Source: Promethearchaeota archaeon (GTDB lineage: Archaea > Asgardarchaeota > Lokiarchaeia > Sigyniarchaeales > SOKP01). From it: a stretch of DNA of 64,000 nt. The translations under genes were made by a program, and so were the position numbers. Numbering within the stretch: position 1 is the first letter of the stretch; every line of letters starts with the position of its first letter. The stretch lies in assembly GCA_019058365.1 (NCBI GenBank), contig JAHPZE010000020.1:13714-77713 (forward strand), in the 5' to 3' direction. Under the pieces are notes generated by a model. That model worked only from the letters and a program-made list of their open reading frames with translations. It ran no database searches and was not told where the DNA came from. Positions 1-10,506 of this stretch are shown piece after piece.

Positions 1-2
1 TT

Positions 3-515
3 AGTGATAAAATAGCCCTAAAAGACCCAGTAAGGAGATTACCAATTATAGTTATTGCTAAAATAGGAGGTTTAATTACTTTCGCTCTTTTCTTTTTCTT
101 ACCTTGGGTTCCATTAAGCCCAGAACTGGGTAAGAATATTGCCTACATTATGACAATACCTACTATGTGGCTGATGGGTGCGTTATTCTTCACCTCGAGA
201 AGTATCTTTTCTCTTTATATTGTGAATCAAAGTCCGGTAATACAACAGATCAATCTACCTGAAGCACAAGGTCAAATAGTTTCTTGGAACCAATTCTTAG
301 AACAATTTGGGCGCGGTATTGGCCCCTTATTATGCGGAATTATGTTAGCTTTTACAAGTACAAATTATCAAATAACTGTCTTAATAGTTTGTTTATGTAT
401 TCTGCCTGGAGTAATACTCTGGATTTTAGCAATGAAATGGTTTCCTATGGATAGAGAAAATATAAAAATTATTTTAGCTGATCGCGTAGAGATTCTAAAC
501 TCTAGAAAAAAGTAA
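3..515 (+). CDS. MFS transporter, C-terminal part (5' truncated by window)
   Basis: Frame open from position 3 (SDKIALKDPVRRLPII...), multiple TM helices, MFS-like 'NLPEAQG...GRGIGPLLCG' segment. Confidence 0.8.
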   Translation, partial: SDKIALKDPVRRLPIIVIAKIGGLITFALFFFLPWVPLSPELGKNIAYIMTIPTMWLMGALFFTSRSIFSLYIVNQSPVIQQINLPEAQGQIVSWNQFLEQFGRGIGPLLCGIMLAFTSTNYQITVLIVCLCILPGVILWILAMKWFPMDRENIKIILADRVEILNSRKK

Positions 516-654
516 TATCTTAATTTTAGATAAAAGAAGAAAGTTTATCACGGCTTATACTAGAATTTGAGTTAAAAAAACTGGTTGATTTCCTTCCTTC
601 TAAGATCTCAAGGAAGTGTAGTTTTTAAGCTCAAATAATCCATCTATTATAAGT

Positions 655-1161
655 TTAATCACTCAGAAAGAAATAATGCGTTTGTTCATTTTTACAAGCT
701 ATCTGGATAGATTTATCGGAAACCATTTCAGTTAGGATTCTTTTTCCATTGTTCTTTACATATTTCTTGTAATATGAATTTTTAATACTATCATCTAATT
801 TATTTAACAAAGCTTCCGCTGTGTATGCTTTCCCTATATTTGTTTTTAAATATTTAGTTAACTTATTTTTAGTAGCTATGTATAATTCCTTAGTTTTCTC
901 ATTATATTTTTTACTGTTTCTTCTAGAATTATTATTTTTAACAAAAATGTAATAAATTAAAATGGTAATTAGTACTAATCCACCAAGAAATAGCCACCAT
1001 TGAAGGGGAGGAAAGTATACTAGACTTATAGAAAATAAAGTTAAATCCATTATAATCACAATAATGGATATTAATCCATACGGAACCGAAACATCCGATT
1101 TTAAATATTGATAACTAGATCGCAGATATGGATCAAATCTGGACTTACTATCATCAGACAT
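655..1161 (-). CDS. Hypothetical membrane protein (2 TM plus small soluble C-terminal domain)
   Basis: 168-aa ORF, two hydrophobic helices, GGTGA upstream of ATG. Confidence 0.7.
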   Translation of the reverse strand: MSDDSKSRFDPYLRSSYQYLKSDVSVPYGLISIIVIIMDLTLFSISLVYFPPLQWWLFLGGLVLITILIYYIFVKNNNSRRNSKKYNEKTKELYIATKNKLTKYLKTNIGKAYTAEALLNKLDDSIKNSYYKKYVKNNGKRILTEMVSDKSIQIACKNEQTHYFFLSD

Positions 1162-1804
1162 TATTTTTCACCTGAAAAAGATAATTAAATTTCAAAATTT
1201 GTATTTCTTTTACATACACAACTTCACATTGTTAATAGACTTCATATCTATAATATCCTATTGGGTTTATAAATATATTTACAATAGTATATGATTAATT
1301 AAAAATGAGCAAATCTTGTTTCTATAAAATATGTGTCCCATTGGTTGAATATCTATTAAAATATATTCATATTAATAAAATGCTTTATAAACACCTTCAA
1401 TTGGAAAGAATCGATCATTTTTTCCGATACATACCACTAATGGATGAGAGAAAGGTGATGCAAATATTTCATACAACTTAATATGATTTCTTAAATTCGA
1501 CACATAATCAGATCCACAGTGCTATATAGCGAGTAAAATTTCTTCTCTTGTCTCAAAATACCCCGAAACTCCAGACATTTTAATTTTTCAATCTTTTTAG
1601 CAGATGATAGCTTTAAATGCTTGAGATAATATCACTCTAATAGGATATTATTCAAATTATTTGAATTAGGATATATATATTTCTATAGAGCTTCTAATAA
1701 ATAATTACCAAAGTCTTAAAAATCTTAAAATTAAATAATTCATAAAATAAAACAAAATCTATTCAAAATCTATTTAAATAGAAAAAAAAGAGCGAAAAAA
1801 AATA

Positions 1805-2581
1805 ATGATATCATTTATTTTACTTGCAATTTTTGGAATTTGGGTTTTAATTAACAGATTTAGTGAAGGTGGTAAAGTTGAAGGACATCCACTTGGAATG
1901 CCACGAGGGACTGTACGAGGTCTTAGCACTATTCTACTGGTAGCGTTTCCTTTTTGGTATATTTTAAGAGGTGAGGTGATCCCCGGTTTGATAGTAAATG
2001 TGATATTTGTTGTAGTTGCCTTCTATTTTGAGGCAAGAAGAAGTGAGCACGAAAAAATAAAAACTATTGTCGAAGAAATGAAAAAACCTGATTTAATTAT
2101 CCAAGATTCAACAAGAAAAAAGATGCCTTTATATTTGCCTAAATATTCTGTTAGATTTATTTTATTATCTATGTTGATCATAACTTTAATTGTTCATTAT
2201 TCCATACGAAAGGTTACCTTTGAAGTTACAAACACTATATTTGATCTACTAATAATTATCATATTATTCATCATTGGTGCTTTTTTTAGATCTATTGCAA
2301 ATTCTCGAGAAAAGAAAAGAATGAAAAATCAAATTGTTAATATGGATGCTTCTCTATCAGAAGCTGAAATTATCGAAAAACTATTGTTAGAAGAAACAAG
2401 CTGGTGGAAACGAAAAGGAAGAAATATCCTCTCAGTTGTTATGTTTCTAATAGTAGTAATTTCATTAATTTGTTTTTCCTATGAATGGGATTTAACAATA
2501 TTTACCTTACCTGATTATACTTTGACTTTAGTAGGGTTTTTACTATTGCTTATCAACGCATATTACGGTTTCAGAGACTAA
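1805..2581 (+). CDS. Hypothetical multi-pass membrane protein with internal duplication
   Basis: 258 aa; motif PLGMPRGTVR recurs as PLYLPKYSVR, each followed by a TM pair. Confidence 0.75.
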   Translation: MISFILLAIFGIWVLINRFSEGGKVEGHPLGMPRGTVRGLSTILLVAFPFWYILRGEVIPGLIVNVIFVVVAFYFEARRSEHEKIKTIVEEMKKPDLIIQDSTRKKMPLYLPKYSVRFILLSMLIITLIVHYSIRKVTFEVTNTIFDLLIIIILFIIGAFFRSIANSREKKRMKNQIVNMDASLSEAEIIEKLLLEETSWWKRKGRNILSVVMFLIVVISLICFSYEWDLTIFTLPDYTLTLVGFLLLLINAYYGFRD

Positions 2582-2696
2582 AATGTATAAAAAATAATTA
2601 ATAAATTTCTTTGTTTTTTAATTCTTGATTCTACTATTTTACAATCCAATAAAAATATACAAGTTTTATTAATACTATAACACTAAAGTAATTCAA

Positions 2697-3206
2697 ATGA
2701 TAACTTTCAAAATAGATGGAAAAGTTTTTGTTTACAGGGTTGCTGGAGTAGCGATTTATGATAATAGATTACTTGTACATAGAAGTATCATTGATGATTT
2801 CTGGTCATTACCTGGAGGACGATGTGAAATTTTAGAACTTTCTAAAGATGCTCTTATAAGAGAGATGAAAGAAGAAATTGGTATAGATATAAAGGTAATT
2901 AGACCTCTTTATTTTGTAGAGAATTTCTTTTATTTTAAGGGTAATGATTTTCATGAGATATCTATTTTTTATCTCATGGAATTTCCCCCAGATTCAAAAC
3001 TAGTGTTTGAAAATGATACTTTTTATGGAAGAGAAACTGGGTTGGGGTTTGAAAAAGATAAGCTCTATGGAAAAGAACTTGAACTAACTTTTAAATGGGT
3101 TAACATAAATCAATTAGATGAACTGAGGTTATATCCTTTATTTCTACGTAAGTTTCTGAAAAATATTAAGCCATACCCAGAACATATAATAAATCGAGAT
3201 GATTAG
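2697..3206 (+). CDS. NUDIX hydrolase
   Basis: Nudix box GGRCEILELSKDALIREMKEEIG. Confidence 0.92.
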   Translation: MITFKIDGKVFVYRVAGVAIYDNRLLVHRSIIDDFWSLPGGRCEILELSKDALIREMKEEIGIDIKVIRPLYFVENFFYFKGNDFHEISIFYLMEFPPDSKLVFENDTFYGRETGLGFEKDKLYGKELELTFKWVNINQLDELRLYPLFLRKFLKNIKPYPEHIINRDD

Positions 3207-3443
3207 ATTAGAAAATATTTAACAATCAATTTTTATTTCAGCAAATGAAAAATTGCAGATATACACAGTGTTAAGTACTTGTGAAATGTGGATAAAATTA
3301 ACTTAAATAGCGTGCTTGAAATTATGAGTACTTAATATTTCTAAAGTTCTTATTCTTTTATTTTGATTAAAAAAGAATTAATAAAATGAAAATTAACTAT
3401 AATAAGTAACAAATAATTCAACTAATATTGAGATGAATAACTT

Positions 3444-4559
3444 ATGGTCGATGTAAGTATTGTTGAAGATTCTGATATTTATAGAAAATTACAAGAACAC
3501 CTTGATCAAATGCCAATTGGATTCCCTTGCGCTAAATCTGGTTCAGATATTCGAGTTCTCAAGCACCTTTTTACACCTGAAGAAGCGAAAATTGCTACAT
3601 TCTTAAGATTTGGGTGGAATAGAGATCTTGAACCATTAGAACATATTTTTGAACGAATAAAAAATACTGGAATTTCCCTAGAAGAATTAGAAACCAATTT
3701 AGATAATTTAGTCAATAAAGGTTCCATTTTGTCGAAAAGAGAAGGAGATAAGAAATACTATGCTAATGCAATGTTAATTATTGGAATGTATGAATTCCAA
3801 GTTAATAAACTTACAAAAGAATTTTTAAAAGACTTTAGTGAATACTTGGGTGAAATATGGGGTGCTGAAGCTAATAGAACTGATTACCATCAGCTTCGAA
3901 CAATACCCGTCGAAAAAAGTCTTGATCCAGAGCTTGTAATTGCCCCTTATGATAATATTAGAAAGATCATAGAAGAGTGCGAAGGACCCTTCGCAAAAAT
4001 TAATTGTGTCTGCCGTCAAGAAATGGATATGCACGGAAAAGCATGTAAAATGACTAAACATAGGGACAATTGTCTAGGATTTGGAGATTTGATTCAATTG
4101 TATATAGATCAGGGATGGGGTACTCAAATTAGTAAAGAAGAAACTCTTAGAATTTTGCGAACAAATCAAGAAGAAGGTCTAATTCTCCGACCAAGTAATT
4201 CTCAAAATGTCGAATTTATTTGCAGCTGTTGCTATTGTTGTGATAGAGGGATCTCAGGATTGTTAAAAGTTCCTAATCCAGCCGATTTTGTTGTATCTAA
4301 TTTTTATTCAGAAATAAATCCTGAACTATGTAATGGGTGTGGTTCCTGTGTTGAACGTTGTCAACTTAAAGCAATAACTCTTAATGATGATGTATCTTCA
4401 ATTGATAGAAAAAGATGTATAGGTTGTGGAAATTGTGTTGCTATATGTCCTTCTGATGCAATAATACTCCATAAAAAGGAAGAACAATACATTCCTCCTC
4501 AAACTATGGATGATCTTTATGATATGATTCTTGAAGAAAAAACTAAACTTAAAGGTTAA
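3444..4559 (+). CDS. 4Fe-4S binding protein with C-terminal 2x[4Fe-4S] ferredoxin domain
   Basis: CNGCGSCVERC and CIGCGNCVAIC, plus CVCR and ICSCCYCC motifs. Confidence 0.88.
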   Translation: MVDVSIVEDSDIYRKLQEHLDQMPIGFPCAKSGSDIRVLKHLFTPEEAKIATFLRFGWNRDLEPLEHIFERIKNTGISLEELETNLDNLVNKGSILSKREGDKKYYANAMLIIGMYEFQVNKLTKEFLKDFSEYLGEIWGAEANRTDYHQLRTIPVEKSLDPELVIAPYDNIRKIIEECEGPFAKINCVCRQEMDMHGKACKMTKHRDNCLGFGDLIQLYIDQGWGTQISKEETLRILRTNQEEGLILRPSNSQNVEFICSCCYCCDRGISGLLKVPNPADFVVSNFYSEINPELCNGCGSCVERCQLKAITLNDDVSSIDRKRCIGCGNCVAICPSDAIILHKKEEQYIPPQTMDDLYDMILEEKTKLKG

Positions 4560-4631
4560 AAAGAATTAATTCAGTTTATTTTTACTATAATATATTATAT
4601 ATTTTAGATTTCTGACTATATATAGTTATTT

Positions 4632-5456
4632 TTATTGATTTACAAGCATTTCTTTCCAAATAAAATGTCGTAAACTTTTACCTTTTATCCAATACCATTC
4701 AAATAACTCTTTAATCCAGTTTATAAATACTTCATGATTATCAATTAAACATTGACTATAATCAATTTCACCATCTTTATTTAAAAAGAGTATCGCTCCT
4801 TTATCAGAAACAATCAATGAGATTTTAATTTCATCCAAAATTCGAATATTCTCTAACATATCTCTAAAAAATATTTTTGGATCTTTAAATAATTTTGACC
4901 AGCCATCAGGTATATTATAGGATTTTAATAGATTCCTGTCTACTAAAGCTCTTATTTTAATTGATTGGTCTCTCATTTTTTTCTCAGCTTCCTTCAATAA
5001 AGATTTTTGATATTGATCTGTTATAGCATAAAGAAAATTTTCAGAATTTTTTACTAAATTTTCAAATATTTCCATGTTTTCCATAGTTTTATCCCCAAAT
5101 TCTATATCTTTTAATTTTCCTAATTGAAATATAAGATGTACAGGAATTGACGTTATGTCATGACTATTTAAGAAATCTCTGTGGTTTAATGAAACCTCAA
5201 AGATATCCATCATTCGTAGGAAAATTTTCCCAACATTAGTTATCCTATACTCATTATTTATATCCTTAATAACTAGATTTTTTTCATTTAATCTTTTTAT
5301 ATGGCGAGATACTTCAGATCCGGGAATATTTAAATCTCTTTGGATTTGTTTATGTCTTTTTCCTTCATAATATAAAAATTTGAGTACGTTATATCTTTCT
5401 TTATTAGAAAATTCAAATAACAAATCATTTATATTCAAGATTAATCCTATTTTCAA
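4632..5456 (-). CDS. Winged-helix transcriptional regulator (ArsR-like N-terminus, DUF1724-like C-terminus)
   Basis: N-terminal HTH (FSNKERYNVL...SEVSRHIKRL), C-terminal WIKELFEWYW; divergent from the acyl-CoA operon. Confidence 0.8.
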   Translation of the reverse strand: MKIGLILNINDLLFEFSNKERYNVLKFLYYEGKRHKQIQRDLNIPGSEVSRHIKRLNEKNLVIKDINNEYRITNVGKIFLRMMDIFEVSLNHRDFLNSHDITSIPVHLIFQLGKLKDIEFGDKTMENMEIFENLVKNSENFLYAITDQYQKSLLKEAEKKMRDQSIKIRALVDRNLLKSYNIPDGWSKLFKDPKIFFRDMLENIRILDEIKISLIVSDKGAILFLNKDGEIDYSQCLIDNHEVFINWIKELFEWYWIKGKSLRHFIWKEMLVNQ

Positions 5457-5699
5457 ATTTTTACTTTCTACAATATTATTATTATAATTAAAAAGATAAT
5501 TTAAATCAATTTAAATAATTTAGAAAAAATTAAACTCATTTTAAAAAGGTTTAAAATAGTTATAGGGTTAATTTTTTAACGAATTTATGATCAATGTATC
5601 AAAGAATTTATATATAATTTCAATAAAAAAATATATTGTCTTAAATCTAAATTTATTAAAAATTTATGGTCAAAAATAAAAAAAAGTAGGTGTTATGAT

Positions 5700-5999
5700 T
5701 TGTATGAAGAATTAGAATTACGAGCATTAAAATTATTAGCGAAAAGTTTCGAATATAATCAAGCTCTACATATGGAAGCCCCTCAAATGGCTAAATTACT
5801 TGGAGTGAAAAATAAAGACATACAACCAGTATTAAGGGCTTTAGGAGATGCGAACCTCGCAAATCTCTATGAAGAGGGTGATAATATCAAGCTAGCAAAA
5901 ATTTCATGGCAAGGATTAAATGAAATCGGTGATGTAAACCTAAAATATGGAATGGGTAAAGATGCATATAAAAATTACAATGCGGAGGGATATCGATAA
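5700..5999 (+). CDS. Small winged-helix-like protein abutting the acyl-CoA dehydrogenase
   Basis: TTG start after GGTG; TAA directly followed by the ACAD ATG; helix-helix-wing pattern. Confidence 0.7.
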   Translation: MYEELELRALKLLAKSFEYNQALHMEAPQMAKLLGVKNKDIQPVLRALGDANLANLYEEGDNIKLAKISWQGLNEIGDVNLKYGMGKDAYKNYNAEGYR

Positions 6000-7247
6000 A
6001 TGCCTTTTGACTACATGCCTTGGTGGGATAAAGAAACTAAAGAATTTGCTGATGAGGTTGAAAATTTTTGTGATACTGAACTGGTTCCTCGAACAACAAA
6101 GCTGTTAGAACAAAATAAAGATCCAATGGAAATCCAATGGAGTGCTTCAAAACTGTGTGTAGAAAAGGGGTTCCATCCTTTAATGGTTTTAGCGGAGAAA
6201 GAATATGGTGGGCGCGACAAAGGTTATGCTGGATATACCATTCTCAATGAAGAAATTGGCCGATCAAACTTAAATGTCAATCCATTACTAACGAGTGTTT
6301 TTGGTGCTGGTCCAGTACATTTATTTGGGACAAACGTTCAGAAGAAGAAATTTTTAGAACCAATTGTTAAGGGGGAGAAATGGGCTTCGATTACAGTAAC
6401 TGAACCTGATGTTGGCAATGACGCTGCTGGGATTCAACTCCACGCTGAGGAAGATGGTGATGAATGGGTTTTAAATGGCTGGAAGCGTTACATTACTCTC
6501 GGTGCGATTTCTGATTATCATATGCTTTATGCTAATAGTGATCCCGAAATGAAGAGAATACACAGGCATCTCACAGCATTTCTAGTACCAACAGATACTC
6601 CGGGTATTTCTGTAGAAAAAATTAATGATTTAATTGGAGATGTCGAAATGGCAAACTCTGTAATAAGATACCATAACGTGCGAGTACCAAAAGAAAATAT
6701 GATATTAGATCCCGGCGATGGATGGACAGTCATGACAAGTGCACTAAATATTGAAAGATTAGGAATTGCTGCTGTAGTGGGTTCATCTAAAAATTTATTA
6801 GAAACTGCTCGGGCTTATGGTCGTAGAAGAGTTCAGTTTGGGTCCCCTATTTCTCGCTATAATGGAGTTCAATTAAGAATGGCCAATATTAGTATGAAAA
6901 TGCATCTTATTAGAGTGTATATATATTATTTAGCACATTTATTAGATACTGGCGAAGCTGATATGTTCTCTTTTGCTCTGAAATCTTCAACTGCAAAAAT
7001 TTTTGGAACTCAATCATTAACAGAAATGGCTTTAGATGCTCTTTTTATTGTTGGTGGTGATGGATACCTTCAAGAAACGGGGATTGGTGGCATATTAAAA
7101 AATGGAGCATTAATGCAAATAGCAGGTGGGTCAAATGACATATTGAAATTATTTATTGGTAGACAAGAATTCAAACAAGATGTTGATGAACGTATGCTAA
7201 CTCCATCCGTTAGGGGTCCAACAAAAGAAGAAGCTGATAAATTATAA
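6000..7247 (+). CDS. Acyl-CoA dehydrogenase
   Basis: ITVTEPDVGNDA, LNGWKRYIT, RVQFGSPI, GGDGY; catalytic Glu probably at the LNIERL (IVD/LCAD-type) position. Confidence 0.95.
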   Translation: MPFDYMPWWDKETKEFADEVENFCDTELVPRTTKLLEQNKDPMEIQWSASKLCVEKGFHPLMVLAEKEYGGRDKGYAGYTILNEEIGRSNLNVNPLLTSVFGAGPVHLFGTNVQKKKFLEPIVKGEKWASITVTEPDVGNDAAGIQLHAEEDGDEWVLNGWKRYITLGAISDYHMLYANSDPEMKRIHRHLTAFLVPTDTPGISVEKINDLIGDVEMANSVIRYHNVRVPKENMILDPGDGWTVMTSALNIERLGIAAVVGSSKNLLETARAYGRRRVQFGSPISRYNGVQLRMANISMKMHLIRVYIYYLAHLLDTGEADMFSFALKSSTAKIFGTQSLTEMALDALFIVGGDGYLQETGIGGILKNGALMQIAGGSNDILKLFIGRQEFKQDVDERMLTPSVRGPTKEEADKL

Positions 7248-7270
7248 ATAAATTATAGAGGTAAATTTGA

Positions 7271-8071
7271 ATGGCAAAATATAAAGAAATTAAGTATGAA
7301 GTGAAAGATGAGGTTGGAATAATAACTATAGATCGACCAGAAAGAAGAAATGCTTTATGTAGAGATGTTTGGGCAAGTATTGGGCAAGTATTATCAGATA
7401 CTTGGGATGACATAAACGTAAGAGTTATTATATTGACAGGAAATGACGATGAATATAAGGGAGGTCGTGCTTTTTCAGCTGGCTTAGATATAAAAGAGAT
7501 GTCTTCTACAGGTTTTACGAATCTAGGAGATTTTCTTGGTATTTTACTCGATCCTTGTGAGTTAATGGCACGTTATCCAAAACCTATAATAGCTGCTATA
7601 AATGGTTATGCATATGCTGGAGGGCTTGAACTTACATTATGGTGTGATTGTGCCATTGCTGCTGATGACGCAGTAATGGGTTTTTGGGAAAATCGAAGAG
7701 GTTTAGCGAGTGGTGTTGCATTCCTATTACTTCCCGAATTGATTGGAATGCGTTATACTAAGGAACTACTATTAACTGGTAAAATTATTTCCTCAGATGA
7801 AGCCCATAGGATGGGTTTAGTTAATCAAGTAGTTCCCCATAATGAATTAATGAATACTGCGATGGAGATGGCAGAAGGAATGAAAAAAGTTGCCCCATTA
7901 AGCCACAAATGGACTAAAAAATGGTTTCAACAAGGATACCATTATACGAGAACTAGAGCGATTGGCAGTTTATGGGAACCATTCCAAGAATTATTCCATA
8001 GTGAAGATGTTATTGAAGGTTTTACGTCTTTCATGGAGGGGAATAGAGAACCAAAATGGAAGGGAAAATAA
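7271..8071 (+). CDS. Enoyl-CoA hydratase (crotonase family)
   Basis: AFSAGLDI, AAINGYAYAGGLE, second Glu in FWE. Confidence 0.93.
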   Translation: MAKYKEIKYEVKDEVGIITIDRPERRNALCRDVWASIGQVLSDTWDDINVRVIILTGNDDEYKGGRAFSAGLDIKEMSSTGFTNLGDFLGILLDPCELMARYPKPIIAAINGYAYAGGLELTLWCDCAIAADDAVMGFWENRRGLASGVAFLLLPELIGMRYTKELLLTGKIISSDEAHRMGLVNQVVPHNELMNTAMEMAEGMKKVAPLSHKWTKKWFQQGYHYTRTRAIGSLWEPFQELFHSEDVIEGFTSFMEGNREPKWKGK

Positions 8072-8116
8072 TTAGATTTTTTTTTAATAAAAGTAAAAAA
8101 GTAGGAGGTAAGAATA

Positions 8117-8446
8117 ATGGTAGATGAAGAATTAGTTGAAGGTATTAAAAAGATGGTTAGTAAGTTGGATGATCCTGCATATCAAGAAAGATTCGCAGAT
8201 TTTAATAAAACTTTACAATTCAATTTTACTGATACAAACAATTACTATCTTGTTTTTAAGGATGCTAAATGTGAAATTAAAGAGGGTGAAATTGAAGAAC
8301 CTGACATAACTATAACAACCCAAAGTGAAGTTATTATTGATATCATGGATGGCGAATTAAGTCCAACAAAAGCGTTTATGGGTGGTAAACTAAAGGCCAA
8401 GGGTCCTATGTCAGACATGCTTAAAATGCAAATGTTAATGAAATAG
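8117..8446 (+). CDS. SCP2 sterol/lipid-carrier domain protein
   Basis: PDITI...GELSPTKAFMGGKLKAKG. Confidence 0.9.
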   Translation: MVDEELVEGIKKMVSKLDDPAYQERFADFNKTLQFNFTDTNNYYLVFKDAKCEIKEGEIEEPDITITTQSEVIIDIMDGELSPTKAFMGGKLKAKGPMSDMLKMQMLMK

Positions 8447-8514
8447 AATCTTAAATATATTAAAATATTTTTTTTTCATTTTATATTAAAATAAAACTAA
8501 ATAAGGTTTAAGAA

Positions 8515-9333
8515 ATGGAATTCAAATATATTTTATTTGAACTTAAAAATAATGTAAGTATTATCACTTTCAATAGAGAATATAAATTAAATGCCATAAA
8601 TGGCAAAATGTTTGATGAAATATATGATGCTTTAGACGAAATCACTAATAATAGAGAAATTCGAGCAGCAATTATTACTGGAAAAGGTCGTGCTTTTTCA
8701 ACGGGAGGAGATTTTAATCAAGCAAGCCAAGGGATGGCAGGAGATGTAGATACTGTTGAAGATGGAGGAAAGATGCAATCAGGAGAACTAGAAATTGATG
8801 TTTCTCAAAAAAGAACAGTGTTAAAGTTACAAAGAACACCTAAACCCATAATAGCTGCTATAAATGGATTAGCTTTAGGAGGCGGGTTAAATATTGCGCT
8901 AAATTGTGATTTAATATATGCTGCAGATAATGCTGAACTTGGCACTTTTTTTATGAAGAGAGCGATCATTCCTGAGATGTCTTCCACCTACATTCTCCCC
9001 AGAATAGTAGGAATACATAAAGCGAAAGAATTGATCTTTTTCGGTGATAGATTTAGTGCTCAGGAAGCTTTAAACATAGGATTAATCAATGGAGTTTTTC
9101 CCGCTCAGGAATTTATGGATAGAGTAATAGAAGTTGCTGAAAGGTTAGCAAAGGGCCCTACTTATTCGATCGGATTAGCAAAGTTAACTGTTAATAAACT
9201 CCTTGAAGATAAAACAATACAAGCACTTGATAATGAAGCTGATGCCTTGTTTAAAGCATTTGATTCAGAAGATTTTACTGAAGGATTATTAGCATTTTTT
9301 GAAAAAAGAGATCCTAACTTTTTAGGTCGTTAA
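8515..9333 (+). CDS. Enoyl-CoA hydratase/isomerase (PaaG-like, lacks the hydratase Glu pair)
   Basis: AFSTGGDF, AAINGLALGGGLNIALNCD, FFEKRDPNF. Confidence 0.92.
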   Translation: MEFKYILFELKNNVSIITFNREYKLNAINGKMFDEIYDALDEITNNREIRAAIITGKGRAFSTGGDFNQASQGMAGDVDTVEDGGKMQSGELEIDVSQKRTVLKLQRTPKPIIAAINGLALGGGLNIALNCDLIYAADNAELGTFFMKRAIIPEMSSTYILPRIVGIHKAKELIFFGDRFSAQEALNIGLINGVFPAQEFMDRVIEVAERLAKGPTYSIGLAKLTVNKLLEDKTIQALDNEADALFKAFDSEDFTEGLLAFFEKRDPNFLGR

Positions 9334-9355
9334 TTAAATATCTTGTGATTTAAAA

Positions 9356-9778
9356 ATGGAAAAGGGAAAAGCAAAAAGATTATTGAAGATTTTCAGCTTG
9401 ATTGGAGGGATCTATGAGGTTTTATTTGGAATATTAATGATATTTTTTATCATACCTTTATTAAATTTATTAGGATCAAATATTCTTCAATTAGAATATC
9501 CAATTTTTTCTCAAACTGGAGGGTTATTAGCAATAATTGTGGGTTTAATCTTGATTTTCTCATCTCTAAATATTGAAAAATATTTGTTAAATATCATTTT
9601 AATAACATTCTTACGTTTTGCAATTCAGGTTATAATTATACCTAATATGATATTGAATCCTGAGATTGCAATCGGTTTATTATTATTTGGATTAATGGAT
9701 ATTATATTTGCCCTAATTACTATTTATTTAATGAGAATAGCAAATTTATCATTTAATATCTTTAAAGTTGTACAATAA
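9356..9778 (+). CDS. Hypothetical 4-TM membrane protein
   Basis: Four hydrophobic helices; overlaps the next gene in the operon. Confidence 0.75.
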   Translation: MEKGKAKRLLKIFSLIGGIYEVLFGILMIFFIIPLLNLLGSNILQLEYPIFSQTGGLLAIIVGLILIFSSLNIEKYLLNIILITFLRFAIQVIIIPNMILNPEIAIGLLLFGLMDIIFALITIYLMRIANLSFNIFKVVQ

Positions 9779-10505
9779 GGAGGGCATTAAAATTACACAA
9801 TCAAATAAAATTTTAAACGATATTTTGGCAGAGAATAGACATTTTTTAATGGAACATGAAAGTAAGAATCTTCTTTCTGTATACGGTATTCCGGTTGGAA
9901 AATATAAGAATACAAAAACATTAAGTGAAGCTATAGAATTTGCAAACGAAATTGGATATCCGGTTGTTGCTAAATTAATGAGTCCAGATATAGTACACAA
10001 AACAGATGCTAAAGTTATTAGATTAAATATTAAATCTGAAGATGAGTTAATTCAAGCGTATGAGGAAGTAATTGCAAATGGAAAAGATTACAAATCAGAT
10101 GCTGAAGTTATTGGAGTAAATATCCAAAAAATGGCTAAAAAAGGTATTGCTGAGATTATTATAGGGGGTATACGAGATAAAAATTTCGGACCAGTTCTTA
10201 TGTTCGGATTTGGAGGAATTTTTGTTGAGATTTTTAAAGATGTGTCATACAGAGTTTGTCCTATTACAAAGGAAGAAATAAATAGGATGATTCGAAGTAT
10301 TAAAGCTTTTCCCTTATTGAATGGATATCGTGGACAACCTAAGGGGGATATTAATGAACTTATTGATATTATGCTAAAATGCTGCGATCTTTTAATGAAA
10401 AATCCTGAAATAATTGAACTTGATTTAAATCCTGTAATTGTATTTGAAGTTGGTAAAGGAATAATGGTTGTAGATGCTAGAATTATTCTAAAGGAGGTCA
10501 ATTAG
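9768..10505 (+). CDS. acdB: ADP-forming acetate/acyl-CoA synthetase, beta (ATP-grasp) subunit
   Basis: IGYPVVAKLMSPDIVHKTD, FGPVLMFGFGGIFVE, ELDLNP, VVDARI. Confidence 0.9.
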   Translation: MYNKEGIKITQSNKILNDILAENRHFLMEHESKNLLSVYGIPVGKYKNTKTLSEAIEFANEIGYPVVAKLMSPDIVHKTDAKVIRLNIKSEDELIQAYEEVIANGKDYKSDAEVIGVNIQKMAKKGIAEIIIGGIRDKNFGPVLMFGFGGIFVEIFKDVSYRVCPITKEEINRMIRSIKAFPLLNGYRGQPKGDINELIDIMLKCCDLLMKNPEIIELDLNPVIVFEVGKGIMVVDARIILKEVN

Positions 10506-10506
10506 A

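Noticed and set aside
1300-1620. Possible decayed gene on the minus strand (MSGVSGYFETREEILLAI*HCGSDY...)
   Set aside because: Several stops and no recognisable family; cannot be supported beyond suspicion.
3265-3340. Two AGTACT-centred short palindromes upstream of the Fe-S protein gene
   Set aside because: Too short to distinguish from chance in such AT-rich DNA.
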